From Eremomyces bilateralis CBS 781.70 (Eukaryota): DNA of 64,000 nucleotides. Every line of letters begins with the position of its first letter. Positions within the stretch are counted from its first letter, which is position 1. The stretch lies in the NCBI GenBank assembly GCA_010015585.1, contig ML975178.1, one strand, 5' to 3'. The notes under the pieces were generated by a model. That model saw nothing but the letters and a program-made list of their open reading frames with translations. It had not been told where the DNA came from and did not search any database. The translations under genes were made by a program, and so were the position numbers. Below, one piece after another: positions 49,236 to 61,329 of this stretch.

Positions 49236-51107
49236 TCAACCCATCCCCTGAACTATCTCCCCAACCTCCAACCCTCTCTCGCACTCTCCTCCGTCCTTCC
49301 CAATCCCCTCCTCCTCCGTCCCATCCCGCTTCCCCTCAAACCCCGCAAACAGCACCCCCTCCGGCGAACTCAGCCCCGTCGGTGGCGGCTCCGCCTCCCC
49401 ACCCGCCGTCATCCCGGGTAGGCGGCCGAGCGTCCACACCCAGTTGCGTTCGCGCTTGCGGCGCCCCGCGACGGGGGTGGTGGGGTAGGAGGGGGCCGGG
49501 GGGGAGGTGTCGGCGGCTGCAGGGGTCGGGGCAGCGGGTTGGAGAGATGGTAGATTGGGGGTGGAAGTTTGGAGAGGGAGTTGGACGGCGGGAGGGAAGG
49601 GGCAGGAGGGGGTGGTCGTGGAGGTGTTGAGGGAGAGGGATGGGAGGGGCCGGCGGGTTGTTGAGGGGGTGGAGGTGGTGAGGGCGAGGGTGGGACGGGT
49701 TGCCTGGGTCGTGGAGGTGTTGAGAGCGAGCGTCGGACGAGTTGTCGGGGTCGTGGAGGTGTTAAGGCCGAGCGTCGGACGGGTTATCGGAGCCGTAGAG
49801 GTGTTGATCGTATGTGGGATGCTGATTGGCTGAGGCACTGCATCACCCGCGGCATCCACCTCTCCCTCCGTGGTGCCGCCCATAGTACTGTCTATTTGCG
49901 TCTCTGAGCCGCCAAACGACTCCGTGGAAACCGTCAGCTCCACCTCCATCTCCGGCGCGTACAGCGAGAAATGCGACAGCGTATACACCACGTTCTCCAC
50001 CGCCTCCTCAATTGGAGTGCGGAACGTCACGCACTTCCGCCCCGTCCCCTCCCCCTCGTTCACCACATCCTGCGTCCCCGGGCTCTGCTCCGGCGATATC
50101 GGCGCGCTAACCAACAACCCCGCGCGCTTTTGGCCGCGGAACGGCGAGTTGACGAGGATGGAGCGTAGGCCGGGGGCGACGACGTATGGGGAGTGATCGG
50201 AGGCGGTGGAGAAGGTGGATGCGGTGGAGGGAGTGGAGGTGAGGGAGGGGGTGGAGAGGGGGGTGGGGGTGGAGGGGCTGGTGAGGGAGAGGGCGGTGGC
50301 GTGGAATTTTTCGGCGAGGTGGGCCGGGTCGATGCGGAGGTGGGTGGGAGAGGGGAGGATGGGGTGCGGGGATTTGGCGGAGAGGAGGGGGGAGGTGGGT
50401 GCGGTTACGTAGGCGGAGATGGGGGTGGTGGTGGAGGGGGAGAGGAAGGGGGAGGTGGAAGGGTGGATGGGTGGGGAAAGGGCATGGATGGAGAGGTTGG
50501 GTCGGTTGGGTCGACGGCGGGGAGGAGAGGTGTTTATTGAAAGGGTCGGTTTTCTATTGAACTCTCCAGTGGTGATTGTGGTGGGTTGGTCGTCGATGTC
50601 GTTTTCGCTTTCCTCTTCTTTGATAACATCCCTACTATGCCGTTCGTATGCATTGCGATAGGTGTTTTGGACGGTGGGTGAAATGGCCGACAAAGTTTCC
50701 AACCTTAGACTCGCCCCTTTGCCGAACGACCTCGAGTGCGTCGTGACGATCGAGAGATGCGGTTTCTCGCGACGTCTTGGTCGTTCCCGCGGACTCATCG
50801 CCAGAGCCGGATACGGGTAGTCTCCGGCACAGTCACGTTGAGGCAAACCTGCCAAACTCGGCGGCATTGACAATGCGGTCGCCATGGCTCGTTGCTCCGC
50901 TTCGAGTTCCACTGCCCCAGCGGCGTTCATGTCAGAATCGCGTGTGGGAACCGGGGGGTTTTGAACTGGAATCTGAAGTCGAGCGAGCTGGGGTCGAGGT
51001 CGACATGGTGACTTTGTCTGAGACTCGGTGGGCTGCGAGTAAACCAACATATCCGAAAATAGACGCGCCGTTGAGGCAAGCGGCGCTTGATTTGGAGTCC
51101 GTGACAA
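49236..51107 (-). CDS. Uncharacterised Pro/Ser/Thr-rich disordered protein (623 aa)
   Basis: Long ATG-initiated single ORF. Short non-low-complexity islands (LSAISPTVQNTY, RKCVTFRTPIEE..YTLSH, KRERNWVWTLG) sit in low-complexity sequence. Confidence 0.75.
   Translation of the reverse strand: MSRTPNQAPLASTARLFSDMLVYSQPTESQTKSPCRPRPQLARLQIPVQNPPVPTRDSDMNAAGAVELEAEQRAMATALSMPPSLAGLPQRDCAGDYPYPALAMSPRERPRRREKPHLSIVTTHSRSFGKGASLRLETLSAISPTVQNTYRNAYERHSRDVIKEEESENDIDDQPTTITTGEFNRKPTLSINTSPPRRRPNRPNLSIHALSPPIHPSTSPFLSPSTTTPISAYVTAPTSPLLSAKSPHPILPSPTHLRIDPAHLAEKFHATALSLTSPSTPTPLSTPSLTSTPSTASTFSTASDHSPYVVAPGLRSILVNSPFRGQKRAGLLVSAPISPEQSPGTQDVVNEGEGTGRKCVTFRTPIEEAVENVVYTLSHFSLYAPEMEVELTVSTESFGGSETQIDSTMGGTTEGEVDAAGDAVPQPISIPHTINTSTAPITRPTLGLNTSTTPTTRPTLALNTSTTQATRPTLALTTSTPSTTRRPLPSLSLNTSTTTPSCPFPPAVQLPLQTSTPNLPSLQPAAPTPAAADTSPPAPSYPTTPVAGRRKRERNWVWTLGRLPGMTAGGEAEPPPTGLSSPEGVLFAGFEGKRDGTEEEGIGKDGGECERGLEVGEIVQGMG
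49612..49806 (-). repeat. Coding 42-bp (14-aa) tandem repeat, ~4.5 copies
   Basis: NTSTAPITRPTLGL / NTSTTPTTRPTLAL / NTSTTQATRPTLAL / TTSTPSTTRRPLPSLSL / NTSTT. Confidence 0.85.
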
Positions 51108-53606
51108 ATCCCGTCGCTAGGGTCCGATCCGCCAACACGGTCTGGTTGAGCTGAAACCACAGGCTAGACCAAACCGATCCGGGAGATTCGTGGTCAGAAG
51201 CCTCCCGAAGGTGACACGAAAACTGGCGGGAGGGGGCCAATTGTCCCGAGTTAGGATCTCAGGATACTGGAAGGCATGTATTATATCGGCAAAAGATGCG
51301 AGATGAAGTGCTTAGAAGGTGTCAGCCTGGGTCAGGACTAAGGAGGGGATCCGGTGATAGTCGAGGCCAGTCGAGGGTCGATAATCTGAAGGATCTCGTA
51401 TTCCACGGTTGGCTCGGGATAAGCTCGTATGGCCGCCAAGATGACAGTCCACGATCACAGCAAGCCGTGCAAGAAAAGCATGGCCATGAAGTGCCGTCAA
51501 GTGCCGGGATCAAAGCAAGGACAACGCCTGCTGTGGCGATCAGACAACGTGAGGCTCCGCTAAGGCGTATGAACAAGGCCGGATGGGGTATGGGAAGCCT
51601 GATGTGCAACCCAGGCTGGGGTGGTAGGATCGTCGCAATAGTGAATTGAAGGACTGTCGCAAGCAGGGTCAAAGATGATCAAAATGGACGGAGAAAGCAG
51701 GAGCTATAAGGCGACCCGCTTCACCTTGGGCATGGAGATCGACTAAGGGTCATAAATCAGGAACCGATGGGTGGAATACAAGGATGAGGAAGTTATTAGC
51801 GACTAAATAACGAGACAGCGGGCACATCAGTGGGGATTGGGGGAGAGGTCCCTTTGCGTGATTGATTCAATCATCCAGAAGGAATGAGGAGGGACTGGGA
51901 AGATACTGGGCAAGTATAATTAAGTATCATTTACCAACCAGCAGCGGTTCGACGTCTTGGCTAGGAAGAGATTCGCTGAGATCGGCCACTGACATGGTGA
52001 GAACTGGAAGGTTGCAATTGAGGAGGCGAGGGTTCTTGGAGATACTTCAGGCATTCCTAGCCTTCAGGAGGGACATTAGGTGGATCGGGGAAATGGTGGA
52101 TGAACTAGGTACCCAGTAAAGAGGAACGTCTGGAGTAAACGATACGTCCGCTGGAGACTTTCCGTAGACTTTGTTTCGAGAGAGTGAGAGAGGGAGACGA
52201 AGATGGTGGAGACAGATCAGATGTGACCTAGGAGAATTGTAGCCGCCTGGAATATCAGGCCATCGGACCAATCAGCGGTTCAGGAGGCCGGAGTTGGGTC
52301 GGAGACATTCCCTGGCCGGTTTTAGGTGCAGAAGAGTGCAGAAATTATTTTTAATGTTTCTTAAATTGGATTTGGCCGGGGCCCTCCCTGTTCTCGAAGT
52401 TAGCACACAGTCTTACTCCTCCGTTCCACACTTCCACAAGGAGTGTCCACCATTTGCCCGGTTAGCACAAATGCTCGCTTTCTGCTTGAGTTACATGCGA
52501 AGGGCTTGGGAAGTTAGGACTGGGAACTTGGATTTGGACTTGGAGTCTAGACAAGTGGCGACTGATCTCCTTTATTAATTCTATTGCCGTCATCCCAAGA
52601 GTGAAGAGTCCATCATCCATCAGTCATCATGTTGCCAAGTTACTCGAATCCGTGCTCGCTTCAAAGAAACGACTCAATTCATTATTCAATGGTTCCGTTG
52701 AATACGCACACCTATCACATTCGCCACATTGCCGCCCATACATGTCCCACTGCTCTAGGTTCAAGACGCAAGTTTGCTCAGTTTTGCCTCTGATATGCGT
52801 CGGAGTAAGACGCTGTGATACCACCACATTAGCATATCCAAACGTCTCGACCATTTCAACCGTTGGGAAACCAGTTTCTGGATCAAGAAACGTGGCCTTG
52901 GAGTGCAGTCCGTTCCAATACCCGAACAGTGAACAGGAGGTCAACTGCCGGTCGGGTGAAATGTCGGGATGAGACGTAAATGCATCGCCACAGTTTTCGT
53001 TTCTTGAGTCTGTCTCCACGGCTGATGTGCACTGCTGATGACCCGAAGATGATCTGAAAGCACCACTAACCACGCCTACTTCCTGTCAGTTCCGTTCGGA
53101 TGACAACTTGGAGTCTAGGCCCGAATGGAACTCAACAAGTACAAATAAGGTAGGATGATAGGGAAAAGAGTTTGAATGTGTCCCAAACCATTTATGCCTC
53201 ACGCAGGACGACTTGTGTTTCATGGCGCATCGTGGTTCCAAGACTCGGAAATTCATCCCTATTCAAAGGGGGCAAAGGGAAATGACGGCGTCCCGCGTCC
53301 TACTCCATCACGTCTACTCAAAATGCGAGCTTAATCGTTTACCGGTCCTAAAGCTGCGGCAAGATTCCCGTACCATTCTGACAAGACTGCGAAGGACTTC
53401 GATTGCAATAGTACACGTCCAATTTGAGACAGAGACTGTAGAGACCACGCCACCTCCAACAGCTCGCGAATATCACAGCCAATTTTGAATCTTGAAGCTA
53501 GGCATCATGAGATCCCGAGCCGGCATGGAAGCCCTCGGACCGACATGCCACCACAGGATCTGGACACCCTCCTTATTCAGGAGCCGCCAGGAACAGCGTA
53601 CTCATA

Positions 53607-53740
53607 TTTGCCTTAAAACCCTCCACAGGCTTGTGTCAGCGTGCGTTGCGCGTCCCTACTTAAACAAGGTTTCTTCGGTCAGATTTCGGCGGGACGCGCT
53701 ACGCACGCTGACACCAAGCCTGTGGAGGATTTGAGGCAAA
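53607..53740. repeat. Long inverted repeat / hairpin (~50-bp arms, 34-nt loop)
   Basis: 53620-53656 pairs with 53691-53728 with one mismatch and one bulge. Pairing extends imperfectly to TTTGCCT/AGGCAAA at 53607 and 53740. Confidence 0.9.
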
Positions 53741-54421
53741 CGAGACACACGTCAACTGCCGCCTTTGGGGACCATATCAACCCACTCGCACAGAAGACGG
53801 AATTAGAAAACGCAACTCCTCGACCAAGCGGATACGCGACATAGTAAATCTTGAAGCAAGGGTCATCGTAATCCCAAGCCAAGCATGTGTAAATTCGCCT
53901 GCCGACGGTCCTGTAGTTTAGGGGTCCCCTGTCCAACCACCTCCTCTTCTCCAGCCTTTCGCATGCCCATCACCACGGCGCTGGAGACGTTGTTATCCAC
54001 CCGGTAACCCCTCTGGTTCTTCCCTCTTGCTAATGCTGTCGACCGGGGAAATGGTTGAGAGCGGCACGAGCTGTGGTTGGATTCAGTCGTTGGGGCTGTG
54101 AACAAGCCAGTCAACCTCCAGAACCGGGAGATTTCGCTCGGGTGTGTCAAGGATAGGACGTCGAGTTCTTCTGGGTGGGTAGGCCTATATATTAGCCGGC
54201 ATGGATATCGTTCCGAGTGGAAAGGGCTGCGATAGCCGATACCGATGATTCGTTCGGCAGATCAGCCCGCGTCTCGTTCTATCAGAGAGAACTCGAATAG
54301 CTGAACAGAAGGCATCCTATCCTTCTCAGTACTTGCAGAAACCCGGAGATGATTTCCGGGAGTTCAGATCAGCAACAGCCCCCTGGTAATGCAATTCAAT
54401 ACTAGGAGGTAGTCAAGTCTT

Positions 54422-56022
54422 CTAACGAGCCTTATTCAACGGCAAAACGGAGTCACTGCTAGCATCCGAACGTCCAGTTTGTGATCCAGGTAATCCACGC
54501 ATAGAAATCATCGGGTGCCCTGCGACATGGTGAGCAGTTGATACCTCGAAACGCTGGAAAGGAAGTCATTCGTACGTCCTGCCTGCTTGTCCAAATCCTC
54601 ATAACCGGGCTCCATCCATTGCGACTGTGTTCCCTTCCTCCGGGACTCCCACCCAAAGTCGAACTCGACCTCCGTGGGCTCATCGTCATAGGTTTTGAGA
54701 GCTCGCACGTTCGGTCCGTTACGTGAAAAGACGTCTCGGAACGATTGGTTCACTGGGGTTGTCTTTCGGTTGGCGGTGCTGGGATTTTGGCTTCGGCTCT
54801 TGCCGTTAATCCAGGATTTGAGTGATGTGGGGATGGTTTTGACCAAGATGTGGTTCATGGCCGGCATGGATGCGCTGATGGCGCCAAACCCGAGTTCGAT
54901 CACGGCGCCGATTTGGAAGCCGATGCCATTCCCTGTGTGGATGTCAGCGCTTCTGTTCCCACACGCGATTGTATATCGCTAGTGCAGCCAATCCCTTGGA
55001 CCCGAATTATAGGTAGAGTACCTGATCAAAAGATTAGGTAGCAGGGACAGACTGAGACCGACTTACAAGATGGATCCCACGAGTGAAACACTGGATAAAC
55101 ATAGATCGTCTTCACAACCGCACCGGCGCAGGCGACGCCGCCAAAAGCGAAGACCCAGGTAACGCCGATGCGTGTCCAAAGCGGAAGTTGGAGAGACCAT
55201 ACGGTGTGGATAGGCAAAACCAGTAGCCACACGTCCGTAGCGAGATATATAACGGTTAAGACGAATATCTCCAATGCCAGATTGATCGACTTAAATCCAG
55301 CCAGTCGAACGTCCATGTCCCAGGCAGCCGAGATGGGCTTGCATGCGAAGACAAAGGCGAAGACTTGGATGATAAGCTCCAAGATGAGGAACACGACAGT
55401 ACTGTGCAGAAGTATTCGCTTGGTCATGGACGCCACGCCCATCAGTCGGTATAGGAATGCCGTGATGGAAAGCCGAATCAGGAAAATAGCGTGGAAATAG
55501 AGCATCACCCCTATGAATTCTAACTTCAATATGAGGAGTCATGGTCAGTACGGTCCTCTTAGGGTTTGACGGGGACTTCCCACAAATTGCAGCATTTTAA
55601 TCTGGTCATAAGAGACATCAAAGACATGCTGTCCGGATCCACCTTTTTTTATCAGCAAAACCATAACGATGATTGTTCCCAGAGATAAGATCTAGTTGAC
55701 AAGCCCCGTTAGTCGTATGGGAACCGGACACCGTACCACAACAACGTACCTGGCCAGGAATAATCAGCCAGTCATCCCATCCAAACATCATCCCCTTCAC
55801 TCGCTTTCGAATCCATAGTCGGAGAAACACAACGATGGTGCTAATGGCAGCGAGGCAGTAGCAGAGCACCTCAAGAGGGCGAGATTTATTCGGTGGAACA
55901 TAGTTGGGATCGAGCAACCCAGGGAGGGTGAAGTTCTTGGGGTAATCGGGAAAGGTCGCCCCATACTCGAGCAGTGCGATCAGCTTATCGGGGTCTTCCT
56001 CAAGCAGCAGTTGCAAACTCAT
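54422..56022 (-). CDS. PTH11-like integral membrane protein (fungal rhodopsin-like domain, no CFEM)
   Basis: Motifs VFLRLWIR..FGWDDWLI, GSGQHVFDV, IRLSITAFLYRL, CKPISAAWD, TDVWLLVLPI..VWSLQL and IELGFGAISASMP. Introns at 55749-55692, 55583-55524 and 55066-54933. The 3' end is either 54508 or, via a further short intron, 54422. Confidence 0.88.
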
Positions 56023-58617
56023 TCTCTCAGTGATTGCCGAACGTCGCGGTCTTGCGTGTAGCCGAGAGGACCATCTAAGATGAAGCGGTTCTGAAGTGTT
56101 GAGAAGTTGAGACCGGCAAAAGAGGACAGACCCTTGGGATATTATATCGGCATCTTCGGCTCCTCGAGTCAGGAACAGCTGATGCGCAATGAGTAGCAAT
56201 GCCCTGCAGGGCAACATCTCGAATTGGGACAGTTTGGTGCACTTCCCCAGACGACTAGTACTGGCCCTGGTCACGAATGGGCTGGCACCCCCCCTGTTTC
56301 TTGTACATACATATCAACTCAACCTCCATTATGGCGCAGGCTAGGGGTGGGTGCCAGCCCGTTCGTGACCAGGGCCTGTACTCCGTATGTACATAGTACA
56401 CTAGTATTTCCCCAGTCAAACTCTAGTGATGCTGTGATGAAATTTCTGGGCACCAATCGTCGTCTGTCCTTCTGCTGTTCTGCATTAGAAAAAGTATACC
56501 GTAGTTTCTCGGTTTAGTTCCTGGTTAGTGTAGTGATTAGTGGCGTAGGGGGGATTTCATAGTTGGATCCAGAATGCCTCATTGAATGGTCTAAATGAGA
56601 AAGGATCTTCGCTAACCGGATCTCGCCCCGGCGAACCTACTTTTATGTATAGAGAATTCGGGATATGGGTATGGGGTTCTGCCTTCTCAGTTCTCACTTT
56701 TAGGGGGAATAGACTTTCTACCTAGTTAGTACTTAGCTTAACTTAGTAGTAGTTAGCGTATGCAAGAGTTAAACAATGGACTTACTACGTAGAAAATAAT
56801 CTAGACTTTTAAGCCTTAACTCTGGATTCTAGATTGAGTGGCGGGACAGTCAGAACTCAGAAGACCTTTCGACTTTCAGCCTTCAGGCTTCACCCTTATG
56901 TCACTGACGTGCAGATTGTTCTCCTCCATTGGAACGAACGTCGGGACTCGGGCCATCTCAAGAGCCAAGCGTTTCGCCAGAGGTGCAAATTATCAGCGAG
57001 CCTCTCCAAGGAAATGCCTGTCGTAATACGGATTACGGAGTACTGCGCGCAGATATTGATGTTGTGGTCATTGGGCCTTGAGTCTTGTCATCTTGTGAGT
57101 CCATCTTGTGTAGAAAGGATCCCCAGTTCTTTGACCTCGGGTTTGCGGGGTTTCACAAACGCGTCACGCGGTTAGCGTCCGTCGCCATACAGCGAGTATT
57201 ATGGGCAGATTTGGCAATTCACAGTTGGCACATTTAACTGGAATCCTTGTCAAGGTGGAGAGTGGAGAGTGGAGAAACTGGAGATAGACTTTTCTGGGTC
57301 GCGTTCTCTCTTTTGCTGTAATTACTGTGACCACCGATCAGGTTTCGTCTTTTCGATGACTTGCAGGAGACGAGGACTTGTCACCCCAGTTCCTGACACT
57401 GACTTGTCAGGCCGTCCCATGCGTGAGGCGACCGTTCGCTCAAACATTGCAATTCATACAGACCAGATTACCGCCAGTCTTGGAGGTGTCAGGCCCGAGT
57501 GTCCGTATCCTCGTGGTCGAGGATATACTGGAGGGTTGTGTTTAAAATCCCGGTGATGATCCGGTTGAGGGTTTCCAGCCCTGATGGACTGTTCACAGTT
57601 CCTTTGGTACCATACTACCATTCTTGTTCTCATCCTTCGTCAGTTTTTCCAGTCATATTATTGATCGTCAACCACCGAGTCTCAAAATCAATAGGTCTAC
57701 CAATGCCTGAAGCACTCGATTCACGAGCAACAAGTCGTAAAGATGAGACGAATGCTCCCCTGATATTAGGTATTGATATGGTCATACTCAACAATGGACC
57801 GATGTTTCAGTTTCAGATACTGTAATCTCGTCCGAGGCAACGAAATAATCACTCGACTGAAGAGGCACGGTATTAGTGCTCAGCCAATACGATGGGCTCT
57901 GCAATTTATATACCACTTCCTATTCTCCATCATATTGTTCTTACACAAACTGCTGTTTTTGGAGGCAAATTTAGTAACACACAACGTTCCTCCGCATTAT
58001 ATTTGATAACTACGGTATTGACTATCCACAGAAGAAGTATGCCCATCTTCGTACACCTAAGAACGAGAAGCTCAAATTTCAACTCCAAAATTCGAGGAGA
58101 GGTTGGAGGTGCTGGAGCCACGTTCGGGCGATCAATTCCGTGCTCAGATATATCTCGGTGAACACGTTCAGGTACTGTGCTAACTGCCGGTGCCCTAAGT
58201 TACAGGGCTAGAGTTATCCATGAGACAGTGAAACCCCTCCCTTATATCGAGGATACTATGGGTGATTTTCGGTAGGATGAAAGGAATTTAGTGCTACAGC
58301 CATGTATCGGTGGAGTCGTGGAGAGGTCGGAATATCTGTATGTGTTACTAGACTTGCGGATTCTCAAAGGAGACGGAATTCTGGGACGTGAACGGAAAGT
58401 CTAGGATTGTCATGTTTATATTAAAGTCGCGGCATCCGATGTAAACAGCCGATAGACCACTGAATAGGCAAACGATTTTTCTGCGTCATTGTTGCAGCAT
58501 CACAATCCAATCAACGTACGATACTCCATCCATACATCGATGGCACTGCGGTAAGTAGTTGAATATATCACCCGTCCCAGAATCGTCTAGCCACAACCCT
58601 AAAAGTCCAACACTGTT

Positions 58618-61329
58618 TCACCTCTCCTCTCTCGCCGCCCTCTGCACAACCTTTATACACTCCCCCACCACATCCCCACCCTCCCTCCACCTCCTCAACA
58701 CCACCCCACCACCCCTCTCTCTTAACGTCTGCTCCGCCCTCGCCCACCTCACCCGCCACAGCTGCTCCCGCTTATTTCCCTGCTGCGCCTCTTGCCCGCT
58801 CCTCCCATCCCCCATGCTGGATATCGGTGTGTTGCCACCGGGACTGCGAGAGTCGCCGCCGCCGCCTTGAGCGTAGTTCCAGGCGCCGGCGACCCGGTTG
58901 CTGGCGTAGTTGGCAGCGGCGGCGGGGTAGGCGGTGATGGCGCGGCGGGGGGGCAGGGCGGGTGGGGACGGGTTATGCGTGGGTGAGGGATCGTGGGGGA
59001 TCGTGGGGTTGCTGGTGGAGGAATGGACGGAGAGGGTGGAGGATGAAGAATGGGGAGGTGGTGCGGGCGGGGTGCGAGAGCCGGTGGTGCTGTGGGGTGG
59101 GCCGGATGGGTATAGCGAAGGGATGTGGTTGTAGGTGGTGGTAAGTTTTTGTTTGGCGAGGGAGACGTAGCTTTGGTTGTCTGGGTGGGATTGTTCGGGA
59201 GGGGTGGGACGGGGTTGTTTGGGAGGTGCGGGCTTGGAAGGAGATTTGGAAACGGATAGTTTGGTGGGTGGTGGGGTCTTTCCAGTGCTAGATAGTCGTC
59301 GAGGCTTCGGTGGCGGTGGAGGGAGTGGCTTTCGTGGAAAAAATTCCTGAGCGGGAGATGGGGTGGTCTCATGCGTGACTGAAGCGCCACGGAGTTTGGT
59401 AGGTTTCGCTGGAGGCTTTGGAGGCGGTGCCCTTCCATTCCGCTTCCCTTGATCCGTGGGAGAGAGTTCCCATAGTAAATCCGCGGTATTGGCCCTATGG
59501 AGACCACCCGGTGAGGACCTGTGCTGCGCTTCATTTGGATCGGGATCGCTTAAGTCGATCAGATCTCCAATATTACGCACTTGAGTTGATTGTGGAGCAC
59601 CTGGAGCACTTGGTCTTCGAGGTAGCGCATTGGGCGAAGCCGCTTCGTCCTCGACGTCTTTCAGCGACGCTTGAATAGCGGCTCTCAAATGCGGGTCATC
59701 GTCCTCGGCAGCGTTGGAAGAAGCCAACCAGCTATTTCTAGATCCCGAATTTGGTTTCCCAGTGCTGCTGGTGGGATTGTTCACCGAAGGATCGAAGAAT
59801 CCGCGGGACGTTGTCGTCGTGATATCTCGAATAAAGATAGCGAGCACCCTCCCGGGGTTCTCGAGCACAAAATCCGTATACACCTCGAGATCCGCCTCCC
59901 CGCTATCTCCAACCAGAATAAACCGACGCTCAGGGAAGTCCTGCGCGATCCGGTCCAACGAGCTCTTCTTCCTTTCCGCCACCGGCTCGAAGATCCCCTG
60001 AAGCATGCCGCTGTACCGCTTCAGATGGAACGAGCCGGGCGGCAGCCCGGCGTTCGCGAAGAAGCTCTCGAGGACCGGGAAGAGCTGCCAGGGGGAGTTG
60101 GAGACATAGTGGAACTTGACGCCCATGTCGAAGAGGCGGTCGTACCATTCGCGGACGCCCTTGATGGTAAGGTCGCAGAGGTCGCGGATGAACGCGTTGC
60201 GGAAGATCTCCCGGGCGCCGGAGTTGATGGCGGTGTGCTTGATGGTGTCGTCGATGTCGCTGATGAGACTGACGCCGTGAGGCTCGATGACGCGGATTCC
60301 GGTCGTGGCGGAGAGGTTCTCGCCGGCTAAGATGCGCACGTGGGTCGGAATGAAGTCAAGAGCTGCTCTCAGCGCGAAATGTCCGGCAGCGTCGGTGTAC
60401 ACGGTCCGTTGTCTTGATACGTCGTCGTTGTAGAAGAACGCCGAAACGGGTAGGTTCTGCATCGGGTTCGCCATGAATGGATTCAACCGCGCCATCAGGT
60501 TCTCGTTCGCAATCGCCAACTCCTCCTTGCTCATCTGCGCCGGCTGATTCCACGCCTCACGCTTCTGCACCGCGTTGACATTCTCCCTGCTCTCCTCCCG
60601 CGGCGACTCCGTCCCTCCATGCTTCTTGATCTCCGGCCGTCTTGCGCTCTCGCTATACTCTCCCCGGTCCGCGCGCTTCGCCTCCTCCTCTCCTTTCTTC
60701 ATGATCGCATTCGCCTCCTGCCGCACGATCTCCTCGTCCGTCCGCGCCCCCCTCCCCGGGCTCGGCCCTCTGCTCCTCGCACCCTCCTGCCCCTCGGGCG
60801 TCGGCGCCTGCAACCCGACCAGCTGCCTCGCCAACCCAACGAACAGCCTCTGCTTCCGCGTCAACGGTCCCCGCTGCGGCGAGTAGATCCATCCGCGCAC
60901 ATCGACGTCCACCACCGCGTTGTTATCCTCATACTGATCCCACCTCTGTCTCCAAAACTCCTCCTGCGGATCACCCTCCCCCTTCCCACTCTCCCTCTCC
61001 TGCTTCTCCACCCCTCCCCCCTCCTCCCGCTTCTCCCTCCCCCTTACATGCCTCCGCGCATAACTCGGAAATACCACCATTCTCTCCCCCGCCCTTGCCA
61101 CCACCGCCCCATGCCCCGGATGCCCCCCCTCTACCCCGTCCTCCATCCCCCCCTCCCCATTCCACCCCCCGCCGTAGCTGCTCTGATACGTCTGCCGCAG
61201 CTCGTTCGCCGCGCGCAAATACCCTGCGATCTTCCGCCGTCGTGCGCCTGGCTCCCGCCCCTCGCTGCGCAGCGTCGAGAGGTTCCAGCGCGCGTCACCG
61301 GGCGGGGGGCTGGGGTCGGTTGGGTTCAT
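58618..61329 (-). CDS. app1: App1 phosphatidate phosphatase / actin patch protein (DUF2183)
   Basis: Motifs SLISDIDDTIKHT (DxDxT), FHYVSNSPWQL, LPPGSFHLK and FILVGDSGEADLEVY, with a Pro-rich C-terminus. First in-frame ATG at 61329; the frame is open upstream to ~61815. Confidence 0.92.
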   Translation of the reverse strand: MNPTDPSPPPGDARWNLSTLRSEGREPGARRRKIAGYLRAANELRQTYQSSYGGGWNGEGGMEDGVEGGHPGHGAVVARAGERMVVFPSYARRHVRGREKREEGGGVEKQERESGKGEGDPQEEFWRQRWDQYEDNNAVVDVDVRGWIYSPQRGPLTRKQRLFVGLARQLVGLQAPTPEGQEGARSRGPSPGRGARTDEEIVRQEANAIMKKGEEEAKRADRGEYSESARRPEIKKHGGTESPREESRENVNAVQKREAWNQPAQMSKEELAIANENLMARLNPFMANPMQNLPVSAFFYNDDVSRQRTVYTDAAGHFALRAALDFIPTHVRILAGENLSATTGIRVIEPHGVSLISDIDDTIKHTAINSGAREIFRNAFIRDLCDLTIKGVREWYDRLFDMGVKFHYVSNSPWQLFPVLESFFANAGLPPGSFHLKRYSGMLQGIFEPVAERKKSSLDRIAQDFPERRFILVGDSGEADLEVYTDFVLENPGRVLAIFIRDITTTTSRGFFDPSVNNPTSSTGKPNSGSRNSWLASSNAAEDDDPHLRAAIQASLKDVEDEAASPNALPRRPSAPGAPQSTQVRNIGDLIDLSDPDPNEAQHRSSPGGLHRANTADLLWELSPTDQGKRNGRAPPPKPPAKPTKLRGASVTHETTPSPAQEFFPRKPLPPPPPKPRRLSSTGKTPPPTKLSVSKSPSKPAPPKQPRPTPPEQSHPDNQSYVSLAKQKLTTTYNHIPSLYPSGPPHSTTGSRTPPAPPPHSSSSTLSVHSSTSNPTIPHDPSPTHNPSPPALPPRRAITAYPAAAANYASNRVAGAWNYAQGGGGDSRSPGGNTPISSMGDGRSGQEAQQGNKREQLWRVRWARAEQTLRERGGGVVLRRWREGGDVVGECIKVVQRAAREER

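Noticed and set aside
52627..53073. 148-aa minus-strand ORF with a CxxCxxC cluster
   Set aside because: Non-ATG start, no recognisable family and no supported exon structure. It could be a gene remnant, but I cannot support a call.
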